A stretch of 64,000 bases of DNA from an uncultured Actinomycetes bacterium (GCA_963847985.1 CAWKBS010000009.1:59470-123469); one strand, 5' to 3'. Counted from the stretch's first letter, positions 44,748 to 54,719 are shown. Notes: generated from the letters alone by a model not told the origin. Program-made: numbers and translations.

Positions 44748-44906
44748 TTGGGCTACACAAAGCTGACGCGACGCGAAAAAGGACAGACGATGGCCGAGTA
44801 CGCCGTCGTCCTCGGTGTCATCACGCCCGTGCTCGTCCTCGTGTTCGCCACCATGGGAAGCGCGATCGTCGCCCGACTGCAGACGGTCGTCGGCTTCCTC
44901 ACATGA
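44748..44906 (+). CDS. Flp/Fap family type IVb pilin (orphan in this window)
   Basis: ...EKGQTMAEYAVVLGVITPVLVLVF matches the Flp motif (G-x4-EY plus a hydrophobic helix). TTG 44748 follows GGAGG plus 8 nt. The track start at 44709 is unlikely. Confidence 0.6.
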   Translation: MGYTKLTRREKGQTMAEYAVVLGVITPVLVLVFATMGSAIVARLQTVVGFLT

Positions 44907-44967
44907 TGCTCGGATAGCAACCGAAGGGGCCCGGGCAGACCGGGCCCCTTCGTCTGTGCGCTCGCCT

Positions 44968-46830
44968 CTAACGTCCGAGCTTGAGGATGTAGAGGCCGTA
45001 GTTGCGGTCGCTCGCCAGGAGCAGTCCCTCGTGCGGGACGACGCTCCAGATGTTGACGGGCGGCGCGTCCGCCGGCGCGCCGGCGCCGACCCAGAAGGCC
45101 ACTTCCTCCGGAGCGGTCGGATCCCTCAGGTCGAGCACCCGGATGCCGTCGCTGTACCACGACGCGAACACCTTCGTGCCGTGCCATTCGGGGTTGTGCA
45201 CGCTCCAAAGCCCGTCGAGCGCCACGTCCGCGTTGTTCGTGTTCGGCGTGGCGAACGTCGAGAGCAGAACCGGGTTCGCCGGGTCGGAGATGTCGTAGAA
45301 GCGCAGGGCGCCCCAGCCGTTGAAGAACGCCTCCGCCTTGGCCGTCACCGGCGGCGTCCCTCCGACCAGGAGGAGCCCCGTGCTGCGGACAACCGACACA
45401 CCCGCAATGGTGATCACCGTCCCGATCACGTCGGGCGAGCCCAGGACGACCGGGCTGTTGCCGCCCATCAGGAACGGGGTCTCGCCGTTCGCGGCGTTGT
45501 TGTAGACGATCGCGCCGATGGCGCCGGCCAGCTGTGCCCGGGCGACCTTGTTGTCGAAGCGGCACACGCCGCGCTCGATGAGCGCGATCTTGCCCGCCGG
45601 GTTCGCCAGGTACGGGTCGGCCACCGGCAGCCCCAGTGCGGGATCTGCCGGGCAACCGCGCCCGACGTGGACGACCTCGCCGTCCATCGCGCGGTCGGAG
45701 AGCGTCGCGATCGGCACCGTGAACTCGCCCTCGAACGCCTCGCGAAGCCCCGCGAAGGCATTACTCGAGAACTGGAGCTCGAACGGGCTGAAGTCCTCGT
45801 CGGCGGCGGCGAGGAGCATCCCGTTCGGCGACTCGTCCACCGAGTGGGCGTTGCCCTCCTCCCCGGGCTCGTACGCGGCGCGTCCGAGGAAGACCGGGTC
45901 GGCCGGGTCGCTGATGTCGAGGGTGATGAAGCCCGCGTCCCAGTAGGACACGTACGCGAGCGTGCCGTCCTTGTTGGCGCGCACGCTGTGGTCGAGCGTC
46001 CGAGCATCGCCTCCCGCGAGCACGCTCAGGTAGACGCCGAGGCCCAGCGCCGGCTCCTGAAGCACTCCCCAGTGGCTGAGGAGCGTCGGGTTCGACGGGT
46101 CGGTGATGTCGACGATCAGGAGATCGCCGATGCCGTCGTCGAAGAGCGGCGGGTTCGACGTGAGCGCCTCCAGGTCCGGAGAGGCGAGCAGCGCCAGCGT
46201 CCGGCCGTCCGGCGTCCTGGTGAGGTCGAGCTCGTGGACGTGCCCGTGCTCTGCCTCCATCCCGAAGTCCTCGCCGTTGAAGAGGCTGAGGAACTTCGGG
46301 TTGCGCGGGTCGGTGATGTCGTAAAGCTCGAGCCCGACAGTCCCTTCCGTCGCGCTGTTCCCGCAGTCCTGGAGCCCGATCCCGAGGATGTCGCGGCCGC
46401 GGATCTTCATCACCTGCATGTCCTCCATGGACGTGTCGGCGTAATCCAGCGTGTCCGCGATCTTGACCGGCTTCTTCGGCCGCTTGATGTCGATGATGTC
46501 GACTCCCGTCCCAGGACAGGCCTCGCGCCACTTGCCGACGAAGGCGAGGTCTTTCCAGCCCGCCACGTCGCCGTGGACGCCAAGGTTGAACGGATCGAGC
46601 TTGAGCGCGCCGACGAGCGAGACCTCACGCCCGCTGCGCTGTCCCCCGCCGGCCGGGCTCTGGCCGCCGAGGAAGGGCTCGACGGCGGACATCCCGGAGC
46701 CGTCGAAGCCTGTGCCCGCGTGTTGTCCCGACGGGTCGTCCGTGACGGCGCCGCCGGGATGGCTGGCCGTGGCCGCGCCGGCAAGGGCAAGCGTCGCCAC
46801 GAGCACTGCCGCGAGAAGGACCGATTTCAT
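44968..46830 (-). CDS. secreted LVIVD-repeat beta-propeller protein with inserted PA domain
   Basis: Signal peptide. Repeated D-[IL]-[ST]-D-P-x-x-P units (LLIVDITDPSNP, FITLDISDPADP, LRFYDISDPANP, IRVLDLRDPTAP). PA-like GKIALIERGVCRFDNKVARAQLAGAIGAIVYNN. Confidence 0.7.
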   Translation of the reverse strand: MKSVLLAAVLVATLALAGAATASHPGGAVTDDPSGQHAGTGFDGSGMSAVEPFLGGQSPAGGGQRSGREVSLVGALKLDPFNLGVHGDVAGWKDLAFVGKWREACPGTGVDIIDIKRPKKPVKIADTLDYADTSMEDMQVMKIRGRDILGIGLQDCGNSATEGTVGLELYDITDPRNPKFLSLFNGEDFGMEAEHGHVHELDLTRTPDGRTLALLASPDLEALTSNPPLFDDGIGDLLIVDITDPSNPTLLSHWGVLQEPALGLGVYLSVLAGGDARTLDHSVRANKDGTLAYVSYWDAGFITLDISDPADPVFLGRAAYEPGEEGNAHSVDESPNGMLLAAADEDFSPFELQFSSNAFAGLREAFEGEFTVPIATLSDRAMDGEVVHVGRGCPADPALGLPVADPYLANPAGKIALIERGVCRFDNKVARAQLAGAIGAIVYNNAANGETPFLMGGNSPVVLGSPDVIGTVITIAGVSVVRSTGLLLVGGTPPVTAKAEAFFNGWGALRFYDISDPANPVLLSTFATPNTNNADVALDGLWSVHNPEWHGTKVFASWYSDGIRVLDLRDPTAPEEVAFWVGAGAPADAPPVNIWSVVPHEGLLLASDRNYGLYILKLGR

Positions 46831-47015
46831 GGGTCGTCTCCTCTCCCCAAGTGACAGGTGCCTCTTATACCGCGCGGAGGGCCCGTTGTGAAGGGCGGAG
46901 AAGCACGAGGGGCGGCTGCCGCAAAGCCGCCCCGCGCTGGCTCGATCCTACTCCTCCTCGCCGCCCGGGTGGATGGAATACTGGGTCCAGACGGTTTCCG
47001 AGAGGAGAGGAAGCG

Positions 47016-48047
47016 ATGAGCACCGAGACGCTGGAGGCGACCGCCCGCGCCCTCGTGGCGCCGGGCAAGGGGATTCTCGCCGCCGACGAGAGCACCGGCA
47101 CGATCGAGAAGCGCCTGAAGTCGATCGACGTGGAGTCGACCGAGGACGCGCGCAGGAACTACCGGGAGATGCTGTTCACGACGCCCGGGCTGGGCGACCA
47201 CATCTCCGGCGTGATCCTGTACGACGAGACGATCCGGCAGTCGACCCGCGACGGCGTCCCGTTCGCCAAGGTGCTCGAGGACGCGGGCTCGATCCCCGGC
47301 ATCAAGGTCGACCTCGGTGCGAAGCCGCTCGCCGGCGCAGAGGGCGAGGTCGTGACCGAGGGCCTCGACGGCCTCCGCGGACGGCTCGAGGAGTACCGCG
47401 AGCTCGGCGCCCGCTTCACCAAGTGGCGCGCTGTCATCGCCATCGCCGGCGACAAGATTCCGAGCGCCTACTGCATCCACGTCAACTCGCACGCCCTCGC
47501 CCGCTACGCGGTGCTCTCGCAGGAGGCCGGACTCGTCCCGATCGTGGAGCCCGAGGTGCTCATGGACGGCGGCCACACGCTCGAGCGCTGCTACGAGGTG
47601 ACCGAGGCGACGCTCCAGGCCGTCTTCAACGAGCTGTTCTCCCAGCGCGTCGTCTACGAGGGGATGCTGCTGAAGCCGAACATGGTCATCTCGGGCAAGG
47701 ACTGCCCGCAGCAGGCCGGCCCGGAGGAGGTCGCGAGGGCGACGATCCGCTGCTTCGAGGGCGTCGTGCCCGCGGCCGTTCCCGGGATCGTCTTCCTCTC
47801 CGGCGGCCAGGGCGACGAGGAGGCCACCGCCAACCTGAGCGCGATGAACGCGCTCGGCCCGCACCCGTGGGAGCTGTCGTTCTCGTACGGCCGCGCGCTG
47901 CAGGCGCCGTCACTGAAGGCGTGGGGCGGCGAGGAGGCCAACGTCCAGGCCGGCCAGCAGGCGCTCGCGCACCGCGCCCGCATGAACGGCGCCGCGCGCG
48001 ACGGGAGCTACACGGCGGAGCTGGAGAGAGAGCCGGCCACCGTCTGA
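47016..48047 (+). CDS. class I fructose-bisphosphate aldolase
   Basis: ATG 47016 after GAGAGGAGAGGA. GKGILAADESTGT, GIKVD, LLKPNMV (Schiff-base Lys) and LSGGQ. Confidence 0.9.
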   Translation: MSTETLEATARALVAPGKGILAADESTGTIEKRLKSIDVESTEDARRNYREMLFTTPGLGDHISGVILYDETIRQSTRDGVPFAKVLEDAGSIPGIKVDLGAKPLAGAEGEVVTEGLDGLRGRLEEYRELGARFTKWRAVIAIAGDKIPSAYCIHVNSHALARYAVLSQEAGLVPIVEPEVLMDGGHTLERCYEVTEATLQAVFNELFSQRVVYEGMLLKPNMVISGKDCPQQAGPEEVARATIRCFEGVVPAAVPGIVFLSGGQGDEEATANLSAMNALGPHPWELSFSYGRALQAPSLKAWGGEEANVQAGQQALAHRARMNGAARDGSYTAELEREPATV

Positions 48048-48050
48048 CGG

Positions 48051-49043
48051 CTAGCGGTACTCGCGGCCCGAGAAGCGCTCGAGCTTGTCGAGCGCGTGCT
48101 GCGCCTCGATCCGGCGGACCGTGCCCGAGCGGGAGCGCATGACGACGGACTCCGTCTGCGCCCCTCCGCGCGTGAAGCGGACGCCGCGGAGGAGCGCGCC
48201 GTCCGTGACGCCCGTCGCCGACACGAAGACGTTGTCGCCGGCGACCAGATCGTCGGTCGTCAGCACCCGGTCGGGGTCGTAGCCGGCGTCGACGAGCGCC
48301 CGCCGCTCGCCCTCGTCGCGAGGCCACAGGCGGCCCTGGACGACACCGCCCAGGCACTTCACGGCCGCGGCCGCGATGACGCCCTCGGGCGTCCCGCCGA
48401 TCCCCATCATCAGGTCGACGCCGGTCCCCTGCCGCGCGGCGGCGATGGCCGGGGCGACGTCGCCGTCCGTGATCAGGTTGACCTTGGCGCCGGCCTCGCG
48501 CACGCCCTCGATGATCCCCTGGTTGCGCTCGCGGTCGAGGACGACCACTGCGATCTCGCTCGGACGCACGCCTTTCGCCTCGGCGGCGCGCAGCACGTTC
48601 TCGCCGGGAGGCGCGTCGATCGAGACCGCACCGGCGACCTCCTCCCCGCCGACGAGCTTGTCCATGTACACCGCTGGGCCGGGGAAGAACATCGACCCGC
48701 GCTCGGCGACGGCGATCACTGCGATCGCGTTCGGCTGGCCGACGGAGGTGAGCCGCGTGCCCTCCAGCGGATCGACGGCCACATCGACCTCGGGGAGCTG
48801 GCCGTTTCCGACCTCCTCCCCGTTGTAGAGCATCGGCGCCTCGTCCTTCTCTCCCTCGCCGATGACGACGACGCCGCTCATGGAGACCGTGTCGAGCATG
48901 GCGCGCATCGCGTCGACGGCCGCCTGGTCGGCTGCGTTCTTGTCGCCCCGCCCGATCCAGCGCCCGCAGCCCAGCGCCGCCGCCTCGGTGACGCGCACGA
49001 GCTCGAGGGCGAGGTTCCGGTCGGGGACGGAGCCGGCCGCCAT
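48051..49043 (-). CDS. glpX: class II fructose-1,6-bisphosphatase
   Basis: ATG 49043. Canonical GEGEKDEAPMLYNGEEVG, AVDPLEGT, ITDGDV, GIGGTPEG and VSATGVTDGALLRGV. Confidence 0.9.
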   Translation of the reverse strand: MAAGSVPDRNLALELVRVTEAAALGCGRWIGRGDKNAADQAAVDAMRAMLDTVSMSGVVVIGEGEKDEAPMLYNGEEVGNGQLPEVDVAVDPLEGTRLTSVGQPNAIAVIAVAERGSMFFPGPAVYMDKLVGGEEVAGAVSIDAPPGENVLRAAEAKGVRPSEIAVVVLDRERNQGIIEGVREAGAKVNLITDGDVAPAIAAARQGTGVDLMMGIGGTPEGVIAAAAVKCLGGVVQGRLWPRDEGERRALVDAGYDPDRVLTTDDLVAGDNVFVSATGVTDGALLRGVRFTRGGAQTESVVMRSRSGTVRRIEAQHALDKLERFSGREYR

Positions 49044-49146
49044 GACCCGGGGATCGTATGCCACCCGCGACACTCCGTGGCGGACGCCTCTTAGGATGGC
49101 CTGACACCGACCGAAGGGACCCGCGCTGACGCTGAGCCAGCTGGCC

Positions 49147-50334
49147 GTGACGGTTGCCGTCCTCGCCGTGCTCGGCCTCGTGGCGAGCCGCTTCGGCCTT
49201 TCCGCCATCCCTGCGTACCTGCTGGCGGGCATGATCCTGGGCCCGAACGAGCCGGAGCTCACGAGCTTCATCGAGCCCTCCGAGGTGACGGAGTTCGTCG
49301 CCGAGCTGGGGATCATCTTCCTCCTCTTCTTCCTCGGCCTCGAGTTCACGCTCGACCGGCTGAGACGCAGCGGGATGCACCTCGGCGTCGGCGGGACGAT
49401 CGACTTCGTCGTCAACGCGGGCCTCGGGCTGATCGTGGGCGTCGCCGCGTTCGGGTTCTCGTTCGCCGCGCTGATCCTGGCGGGGGCGATCTACGTGTCC
49501 TCGTCCGCGGTCGCGGTCAAGGGGCTCATCGACTTCCGCCGGCTGGCGGACGACGAGACCGACCTCGTGCTCGCCATCCTCATCGTCGAGGACATCGCCA
49601 TCGCGTTCGTCCTCGCCTTCGCGGGCGGCGGGGGCGGCGGCGTCGAGGACTCCCTCGCGCTCGCGTTCAAGGCGATCACGTTCATCATCGTCTCGCTCGC
49701 GGCCTCCCGCTGGCTCGCCCGCCCGATCGACCGGCTCCTCGAGTGGATGCCGCGGGAGTTCTTCCTCCTCTTCACCTTCGCGCTCCTGATCGGGATGAGC
49801 GCCATCTCCCACTGGCTGGGCCTGTCGGAGGCGATCGGCGCGCTGATGGCCGGCGTGATCCTGTCGGGAACGTCGGCCCGCCACGAGCTCGAGGAGCGGT
49901 TCCTGAGCTTCAGGGACATCTTCGGAGCGCTCTTCTTCTTCGTCTTCGGCCTCTCCATCGACGTGGGCGCCCTCGACTCGCTTGCGTGGCTGCTCGCGCT
50001 CGCCGTCGTCGTCAGCGTCATCGGCAAGCTGGCGGGCACGTACGCCGCCGGAAAGGTGGGCGGCTTCACGCCGCGCCAGAGTCTCAACGCGGGCGCCGCG
50101 CTGGTGGCCCGCGGCGAGTTCACGGTCATCCTCGCCCAGGTCGCGGCCACGAACCCGGCGATCTCGGCGGCGGAGGAGCGCGACCTGGTCGCCTTCGCAG
50201 GGCTGTACGTGCTCGCCACCGCTGTGATCGGCGTGCTGCTGATGAAGGAGTCGAAGCGCCTCGGGCGCAGGCTCTTCCCCACGCCCCCTAGACTGGCTCC
50301 CGAAGGAGGGACACATGGCCCGCGAGCTCCGTGA
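49147..50334 (+). CDS. cation:proton antiporter (CPA2 family)
   Basis: About 11 TM helices. AYLLAGMILGP and LGLEF motifs typical of Kef/KhtU-type exchangers. Confidence 0.85.
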   Translation: MTVAVLAVLGLVASRFGLSAIPAYLLAGMILGPNEPELTSFIEPSEVTEFVAELGIIFLLFFLGLEFTLDRLRRSGMHLGVGGTIDFVVNAGLGLIVGVAAFGFSFAALILAGAIYVSSSAVAVKGLIDFRRLADDETDLVLAILIVEDIAIAFVLAFAGGGGGGVEDSLALAFKAITFIIVSLAASRWLARPIDRLLEWMPREFFLLFTFALLIGMSAISHWLGLSEAIGALMAGVILSGTSARHELEERFLSFRDIFGALFFFVFGLSIDVGALDSLAWLLALAVVVSVIGKLAGTYAAGKVGGFTPRQSLNAGAALVARGEFTVILAQVAATNPAISAAEERDLVAFAGLYVLATAVIGVLLMKESKRLGRRLFPTPPRLAPEGGTHGPRAP

Positions 50335-50812
50335 GACACGCCTTCCCGGCGTCGGTGTCAAGTACACGTGCCTGACCGCGCACGGCGGCAAGCTGACCGT
50401 GATCCTCCACAACGAGGGACAGCGCGAGCTGTACTGGTTCCCGCACGCCGGCGACGACGAGCCGCAGGCGGTCATCCAGCTCGAGGACGACGAGGCGCGC
50501 CAGATCGGGGCGCTCATCGGCGGGGCCTACGAGCGGCCGAAGATCGTCGAGGAGCTGGAGATGGCCTTCGGCGAGCTGGCGATCGAGTGGGTGCCCGTCC
50601 CGGACGAGAGCCCCGCGATCGGGAAGACGCTGGCCGAATGCGCGTTCCGCCAGCGCACCGGCATCACCATCATCGCCATCCTGCGCGAGCCCGAGCCGGT
50701 GGCCGGCGCCCAGCCCGGCGACGTGGTCGAGCAGGGCGACACGCTGGTCACGGTCGGCAAGCTGGGCCAGTACCCCGCCTTCCGCAAGCTCCTGGCCGAA
50801 GGCCCCTTCTAG
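50315..50812 (+). CDS. TrkA-C (RCK_C) regulatory subunit of the antiporter (KhtT-like)
   Basis: N-terminal LPGVGVKY...GG.L.VI domain. C-terminal GKTLAECAFRQRTGITIIAILRE...GDTLVTVG TrkA-C domain. Overlaps the antiporter gene's 3' end. Confidence 0.8.
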   Translation: MARELRETRLPGVGVKYTCLTAHGGKLTVILHNEGQRELYWFPHAGDDEPQAVIQLEDDEARQIGALIGGAYERPKIVEELEMAFGELAIEWVPVPDESPAIGKTLAECAFRQRTGITIIAILREPEPVAGAQPGDVVEQGDTLVTVGKLGQYPAFRKLLAEGPF

Positions 50813-50866
50813 AACGTCCGAGGGCGGCCCGGAGGCCGCCCTCAGCTAGATCGGGTCGAGCAGGCG

Positions 50867-51457
50867 CTACGCGACGTAGACGGCCTCGAGCTCGCGGCGC
50901 GGCTCGTACGTCGGCTGGAAGCCGGCGAGCTTGCCGACCGCGGCACCGGTGACGAGCGCGGCCTTCTGCGCGAACGCGGGCACGTGCGGCAGGCGGACGT
51001 CGTCGAAGTGGGCGTTGGCGATGACCGCGAGGCGGAGCGGGTTCGGCATCCCCTTCTTGTTCGTCTTGCCGTCCTCGGCGAGGCCGAACATCGTCTCGAG
51101 GAAGCGCTCGAACTGGAGCGCGGGGCGAACCTCGCAGCGGAAGCGGGCGGTCTCCTCGCCGGCGTTGCGGAAGCTGTGCTTGGTGCCGGCGGGGACGGTG
51201 ACGACCTCGCCGGCGCCCGCGACGACCTTCTCGCGGCCGCGGCGGAACTCGAGCGTGCCGGCGAGGACCTCGAAGCGCTCGGTCTGGAACGGGTGGACGT
51301 GCGCGGCGGCGACGGCGCCGTCGGGCTGGACGCAGACCTCGATCTCGACGAGCTCGCCGTCGGTCTCGGCGGCCGTGCGCAGGAACGTGACCCGCTCGCC
51401 GGTGACGGGGTTCGTGATCGTGTCGCCTGCGCGGATGGATGTCTGGAAGTTGTTCAT
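50867..51457 (-). CDS. cupin domain protein
   Basis: ATG 51457 after AAGGAG. HVHPFQTERFEVLAGTL...VTVPAGTKHSFRN (G-x5-H-x-H...H cupin motifs). Confidence 0.75.
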   Translation of the reverse strand: MNNFQTSIRAGDTITNPVTGERVTFLRTAAETDGELVEIEVCVQPDGAVAAAHVHPFQTERFEVLAGTLEFRRGREKVVAGAGEVVTVPAGTKHSFRNAGEETARFRCEVRPALQFERFLETMFGLAEDGKTNKKGMPNPLRLAVIANAHFDDVRLPHVPAFAQKAALVTGAAVGKLAGFQPTYEPRRELEAVYVA

Positions 51458-51604
51458 TGGAATCGGTCTCCTTGGCTCGGGTTGATGTAGCCCGAACCTT
51501 GCGGGAACGCGGGCGGCGCTCCCACGGGGAGAACTCGACTCCACAGGGCGGGAAACAGGCGTCCCGGGAGTGCGGTTATCCGCACGCCCCGCGGCTGCGT
51601 GGCG

Positions 51605-53140
51605 CTACATCCGGTCGGGCGCCTCGACCCCGACCAGGTCGAGGCTGCGGGCGATCACGGCCTTCGCGGCCATGACCAGCGCGAGCCGGAAGGCCTGCTC
51701 CTCGCTCTCGAGCACGCGGTGGTGGTGGTAGAAGCGGTGGAAGTCGTCCGCGAGGCGGATCGCGTAGGTGGGGAGCGCCTGCGGGCTGCGCCGCTCGGCC
51801 GCCTCCGCGGCGATCGCGGGGAACTCGGCGAGCCGCTTGACGAGGTCGCGTTCCTCCGCGGCCAGCTCGGCGTGCGGCTCCGGGTCGACCACGGCCTCGC
51901 CCGCGTTCCGCAGGATCCCCGCGATGCGCGCGTGGGCGTACTGGACGTAGTAGACCGGGTTCTTCTCGCTCTTCTCGCGGGCCAGGTCGACGTCCACGGT
52001 GATCGTCTGGTCCGGCCCCCGTGCCGCCAGATACCAGCGGCCGGCGTCGACGCCGACCTCGTCCACGAACTCGTCGAGCGTGACTACGTCGCCCCGGCGC
52101 TTGGACATCTTCACCATGTCTCCGCCCCGGGTCAGGTGGACGAGCTGGTAGAGGATCACCTCCACGCGCGCAGGGTCGTAGCCGAGCATGCGGGCGATCA
52201 CCTCGTACCAGCCGCGAACGCCGTGGTGGTCGGCGCCGAGGACGTAGATCGCGCGGTCGAAGCCGCGCTCGAGCTTGTCGCGCAGATACGCAATGTCGGC
52301 AGCCTCGTACGTGGGCAGGCCTCCGCGCTCGGCCGAGCGGACGAGCACGCGGTCCTTCTCGTCGCCGAAGGCCGTCGAGCGTACCCAGACGGCGCCGTCG
52401 CTCGCGTAGGTGTCGAGCCGCTCCAGGAGCTCGGGGAGCTCCAGCTCGACCTCGCTCTGGCGCGCCCAGGAGTCGAAGTGGATCCGGAAGCGCTCGAGGC
52501 TCTCCTCGATCCGGTGGAGCATGTGCGGGACCGGGTCGCCCTCGCGCGCCGCAAGCTCCTCGACGTAGTCGCCCGCGTAGCCGTTCTCGGGCGCCGGCTC
52601 GCCGCGGCGGGCGGCCTCGACCGAGGCGCGGAAGCGCTCCATCTGCGTCCCCGCGTCGTTGTAGTAGTACTCCCGCTCGACCTGGTGGCCGGCGAAGGCG
52701 AGGAGGCGCGCGACCGAGTCCCCGTAGGCGCCGTTGCGGGCCGCGGCGACCGTGATCGGGCCGGTCGGGTTCGCGCTCACCATCTCGACCTGCACGCGCT
52801 CGGGGCTTCCGGCCGAGCCTGCGCCGTACTCCGCTCCGGCCGCGATCATCTCGTCGAGGGCTTCGCCGAACCAGGCGGGCGAGAGCCAGAGGTTCAGGAA
52901 CCCGGGCGGCGCCGTCTCGGCCCGCTCGACCCCCGGGACCGCGGTGGCAGCCGCCGCCAGGTCGGCCGCGATCTCGAGCGGCGGCTGTTTGCGGGCACCC
53001 GCCAGCCGCAGCGCCACGTTCGTCGCGTAGTCGCCGTGCTCCGGGTTCCCGGGGCGCTCGAGGACGACCGGCGAACCGGCGACCCGCGCAAGCTCCTCCT
53101 CCAGCCGGCCGAGGGCCGTGGCGGCGGTGTTCACGGTCAT
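51605..53140 (-). CDS. argS: arginine--tRNA ligase (HIGH motif degenerate)
   Basis: Add1-like N-domain, SANPTGP, YYNDAG, KMSKRRG, DALR anticodon-binding tail ending ...DRM. The expected P-L-H-x-G-H reads PITVAA. Confidence 0.8.
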   Translation of the reverse strand: MTVNTAATALGRLEEELARVAGSPVVLERPGNPEHGDYATNVALRLAGARKQPPLEIAADLAAAATAVPGVERAETAPPGFLNLWLSPAWFGEALDEMIAAGAEYGAGSAGSPERVQVEMVSANPTGPITVAAARNGAYGDSVARLLAFAGHQVEREYYYNDAGTQMERFRASVEAARRGEPAPENGYAGDYVEELAAREGDPVPHMLHRIEESLERFRIHFDSWARQSEVELELPELLERLDTYASDGAVWVRSTAFGDEKDRVLVRSAERGGLPTYEAADIAYLRDKLERGFDRAIYVLGADHHGVRGWYEVIARMLGYDPARVEVILYQLVHLTRGGDMVKMSKRRGDVVTLDEFVDEVGVDAGRWYLAARGPDQTITVDVDLAREKSEKNPVYYVQYAHARIAGILRNAGEAVVDPEPHAELAAEERDLVKRLAEFPAIAAEAAERRSPQALPTYAIRLADDFHRFYHHHRVLESEEQAFRLALVMAAKAVIARSLDLVGVEAPDRM

Positions 53141-53160
53141 GGCGTATATCGTAGGGAGCC

Positions 53161-53460
53161 GTGGAGGAGGACGAACAGCGTGAGCGGCAGCTCAACATCC
53201 ATCTCGACCCCGAGAACCTGGCGGGCGTGTACGCGAACTTCGCCAACGTCAGCTTCTCGGACTACGAGTTCACGCTGACGTTCGCCCGGATCGACCACGA
53301 GGTCGAGGACGGAGATGTGCCCGGCGTGGTCGTCAGCCGCGTGAACATGTCCCCGCGGTTCATGAAGGAGCTCATGGACGCGATGGCCGACTCCTGGTCG
53401 AAGTGGTCGACCCGCGAGGGGATCCGAAACCTCCCCGAGCAGGAAGACAACGAGTCCTAG
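53161..53460 (+). CDS. DUF3467-like small protein
   Basis: LAGVYANFANVSFSDYEFTLTFARI resembles that family as I recall it. 99 aa. Confidence 0.6.
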   Translation: MEEDEQRERQLNIHLDPENLAGVYANFANVSFSDYEFTLTFARIDHEVEDGDVPGVVVSRVNMSPRFMKELMDAMADSWSKWSTREGIRNLPEQEDNES

Positions 53461-53465
53461 GCGGG

Positions 53466-54719
53466 TTAGCCCGGCCAGGCCTGCGCCATCCCGATCCGCT
53501 CCAGCGGGGTCGGATGGGAGCCGTACCAGAGCGCGAGCCACGCAGGCGGGTCGGGGTCGGCGAGGCCCGTCCTGACGAAATTGCGGTCGAGGGCGATCCC
53601 GCTCTCCGGATCGCGGGTGGCCTCGAGGGCGAGCCAGTCCGCCTCGGCCTCGTAACGCCGTGAGACCGCGTTGGCGAGCGGCTCGGTAAGGAGCAGGTAG
53701 GCGAACGCGAAGGCGAGCCCGAGCGGCACGAGCCGCGGGCCGAGGCCGCCGTAGCGGTTCGTGATCCATGCGAGCCCGAAGACGCCGGGCACGGCGAGCA
53801 GCGTGAACCAGGCGAGGCCCTTCCACAGGTGGCGCTGCTCGACGTGGGCAAGCTCGTGCGCGGTGACGAAACGGATCTCGCCTCGGGAGAAGCGGCCGTC
53901 GAGCAGCGTGTCGTAGAGCACGACGCGCCGGGTCGGGCCGAGGCCCGCGATGTAGGCGTTCGCGGTGGTCGTGCGCCGGCTCGCGTCGGCGACGAGGACG
54001 TCGTCGACCTCGACGCCCATGCCTGCGGCGAGCGCCTCGATCTCCGTCGCGAGGGCCCGGTCGGGCAGCGGCTCGAAGCGGTTGAAAAGCGGCTGGACGA
54101 CGAGCGGCTGGACGACGATGAAGACGACGCCGATCGCAGCGAGCGCGGGCGCGCCCACGAGCCACCAGCGCCGCCCGAAGCGCCCGGCCAGCCAGACGGC
54201 GCCCGCGACCGCGATCGAGACGAGCACGGCCCGGACGCCGAGCGCGGTCAGCCGATCGGTCAGCCAGCCGGTCCAGGACTGCTCGGAGAGACCGAAGTCG
54301 CGGCGCCGCGCAAGAAACACGGCGCCGAACGGGAGCGTGGCGAGCCAGCCGGCGACCACGACCGCCAGCCCGACGAGAACCGACGTGCGAACCCGGCCGC
54401 GCCCGAACCGCTCCAGGCCGGCCGCGAGCGGCCTCGCCTTCCAGACCGCCACAGCCAGTACGGCCACCTCCGCCGCCAGCGAGAGGAAGAAGAGCAGCCT
54501 CGACGTGGTGCGGTAGTCGTCGATCCGCTCGAGGAGGGCCGCCGGGAAGTAGTCGCCGGCAGCCAGGTCGGGGAGCGCGAGGTCGGGGACCTCCGTCCGC
54601 CAGAGCAGGAGCGCCGCCGCGACCCAGGCGACGGCAGCCGCGGCGAGGGCGAGGCCCTTCGCTAACGTCCGCCTGCCGTGCGCGCCGCCGTTGTCTCCGA
54701 CATTCACGGGAACCTCCAT
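53466..54719 (-). CDS. M48 family (Ste24/HtpX-like) membrane zinc metallopeptidase
   Basis: Multiple TM helices, FVTAHELAHVEQRH (HExxH) and a downstream EAEAD. Start at ATG 54719 (or GTG 54707). Its 5' end overlaps the divergent gene. Confidence 0.8.
   Translation of the reverse strand: MEVPVNVGDNGGAHGRRTLAKGLALAAAAVAWVAAALLLWRTEVPDLALPDLAAGDYFPAALLERIDDYRTTSRLLFFLSLAAEVAVLAVAVWKARPLAAGLERFGRGRVRTSVLVGLAVVVAGWLATLPFGAVFLARRRDFGLSEQSWTGWLTDRLTALGVRAVLVSIAVAGAVWLAGRFGRRWWLVGAPALAAIGVVFIVVQPLVVQPLFNRFEPLPDRALATEIEALAAGMGVEVDDVLVADASRRTTTANAYIAGLGPTRRVVLYDTLLDGRFSRGEIRFVTAHELAHVEQRHLWKGLAWFTLLAVPGVFGLAWITNRYGGLGPRLVPLGLAFAFAYLLLTEPLANAVSRRYEAEADWLALEATRDPESGIALDRNFVRTGLADPDPPAWLALWYGSHPTPLERIGMAQAWPG

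Noticed and set aside
46908-46935. Perfect 8-bp hairpin GGGGCGGC-tgccgcaaa-GCCGCCCC upstream of fba, considered as a riboswitch or terminator
   Set aside because: It has no U-tract and no recognisable riboswitch consensus. It lies between divergent promoters, which is insufficient evidence for any specific function.
47686-50517. 943-aa minus-strand track ORF
   Set aside because: It overlaps fba, glpX and the CPA2 antiporter in shadow frames, and is extremely Arg/Gly/Pro-rich.
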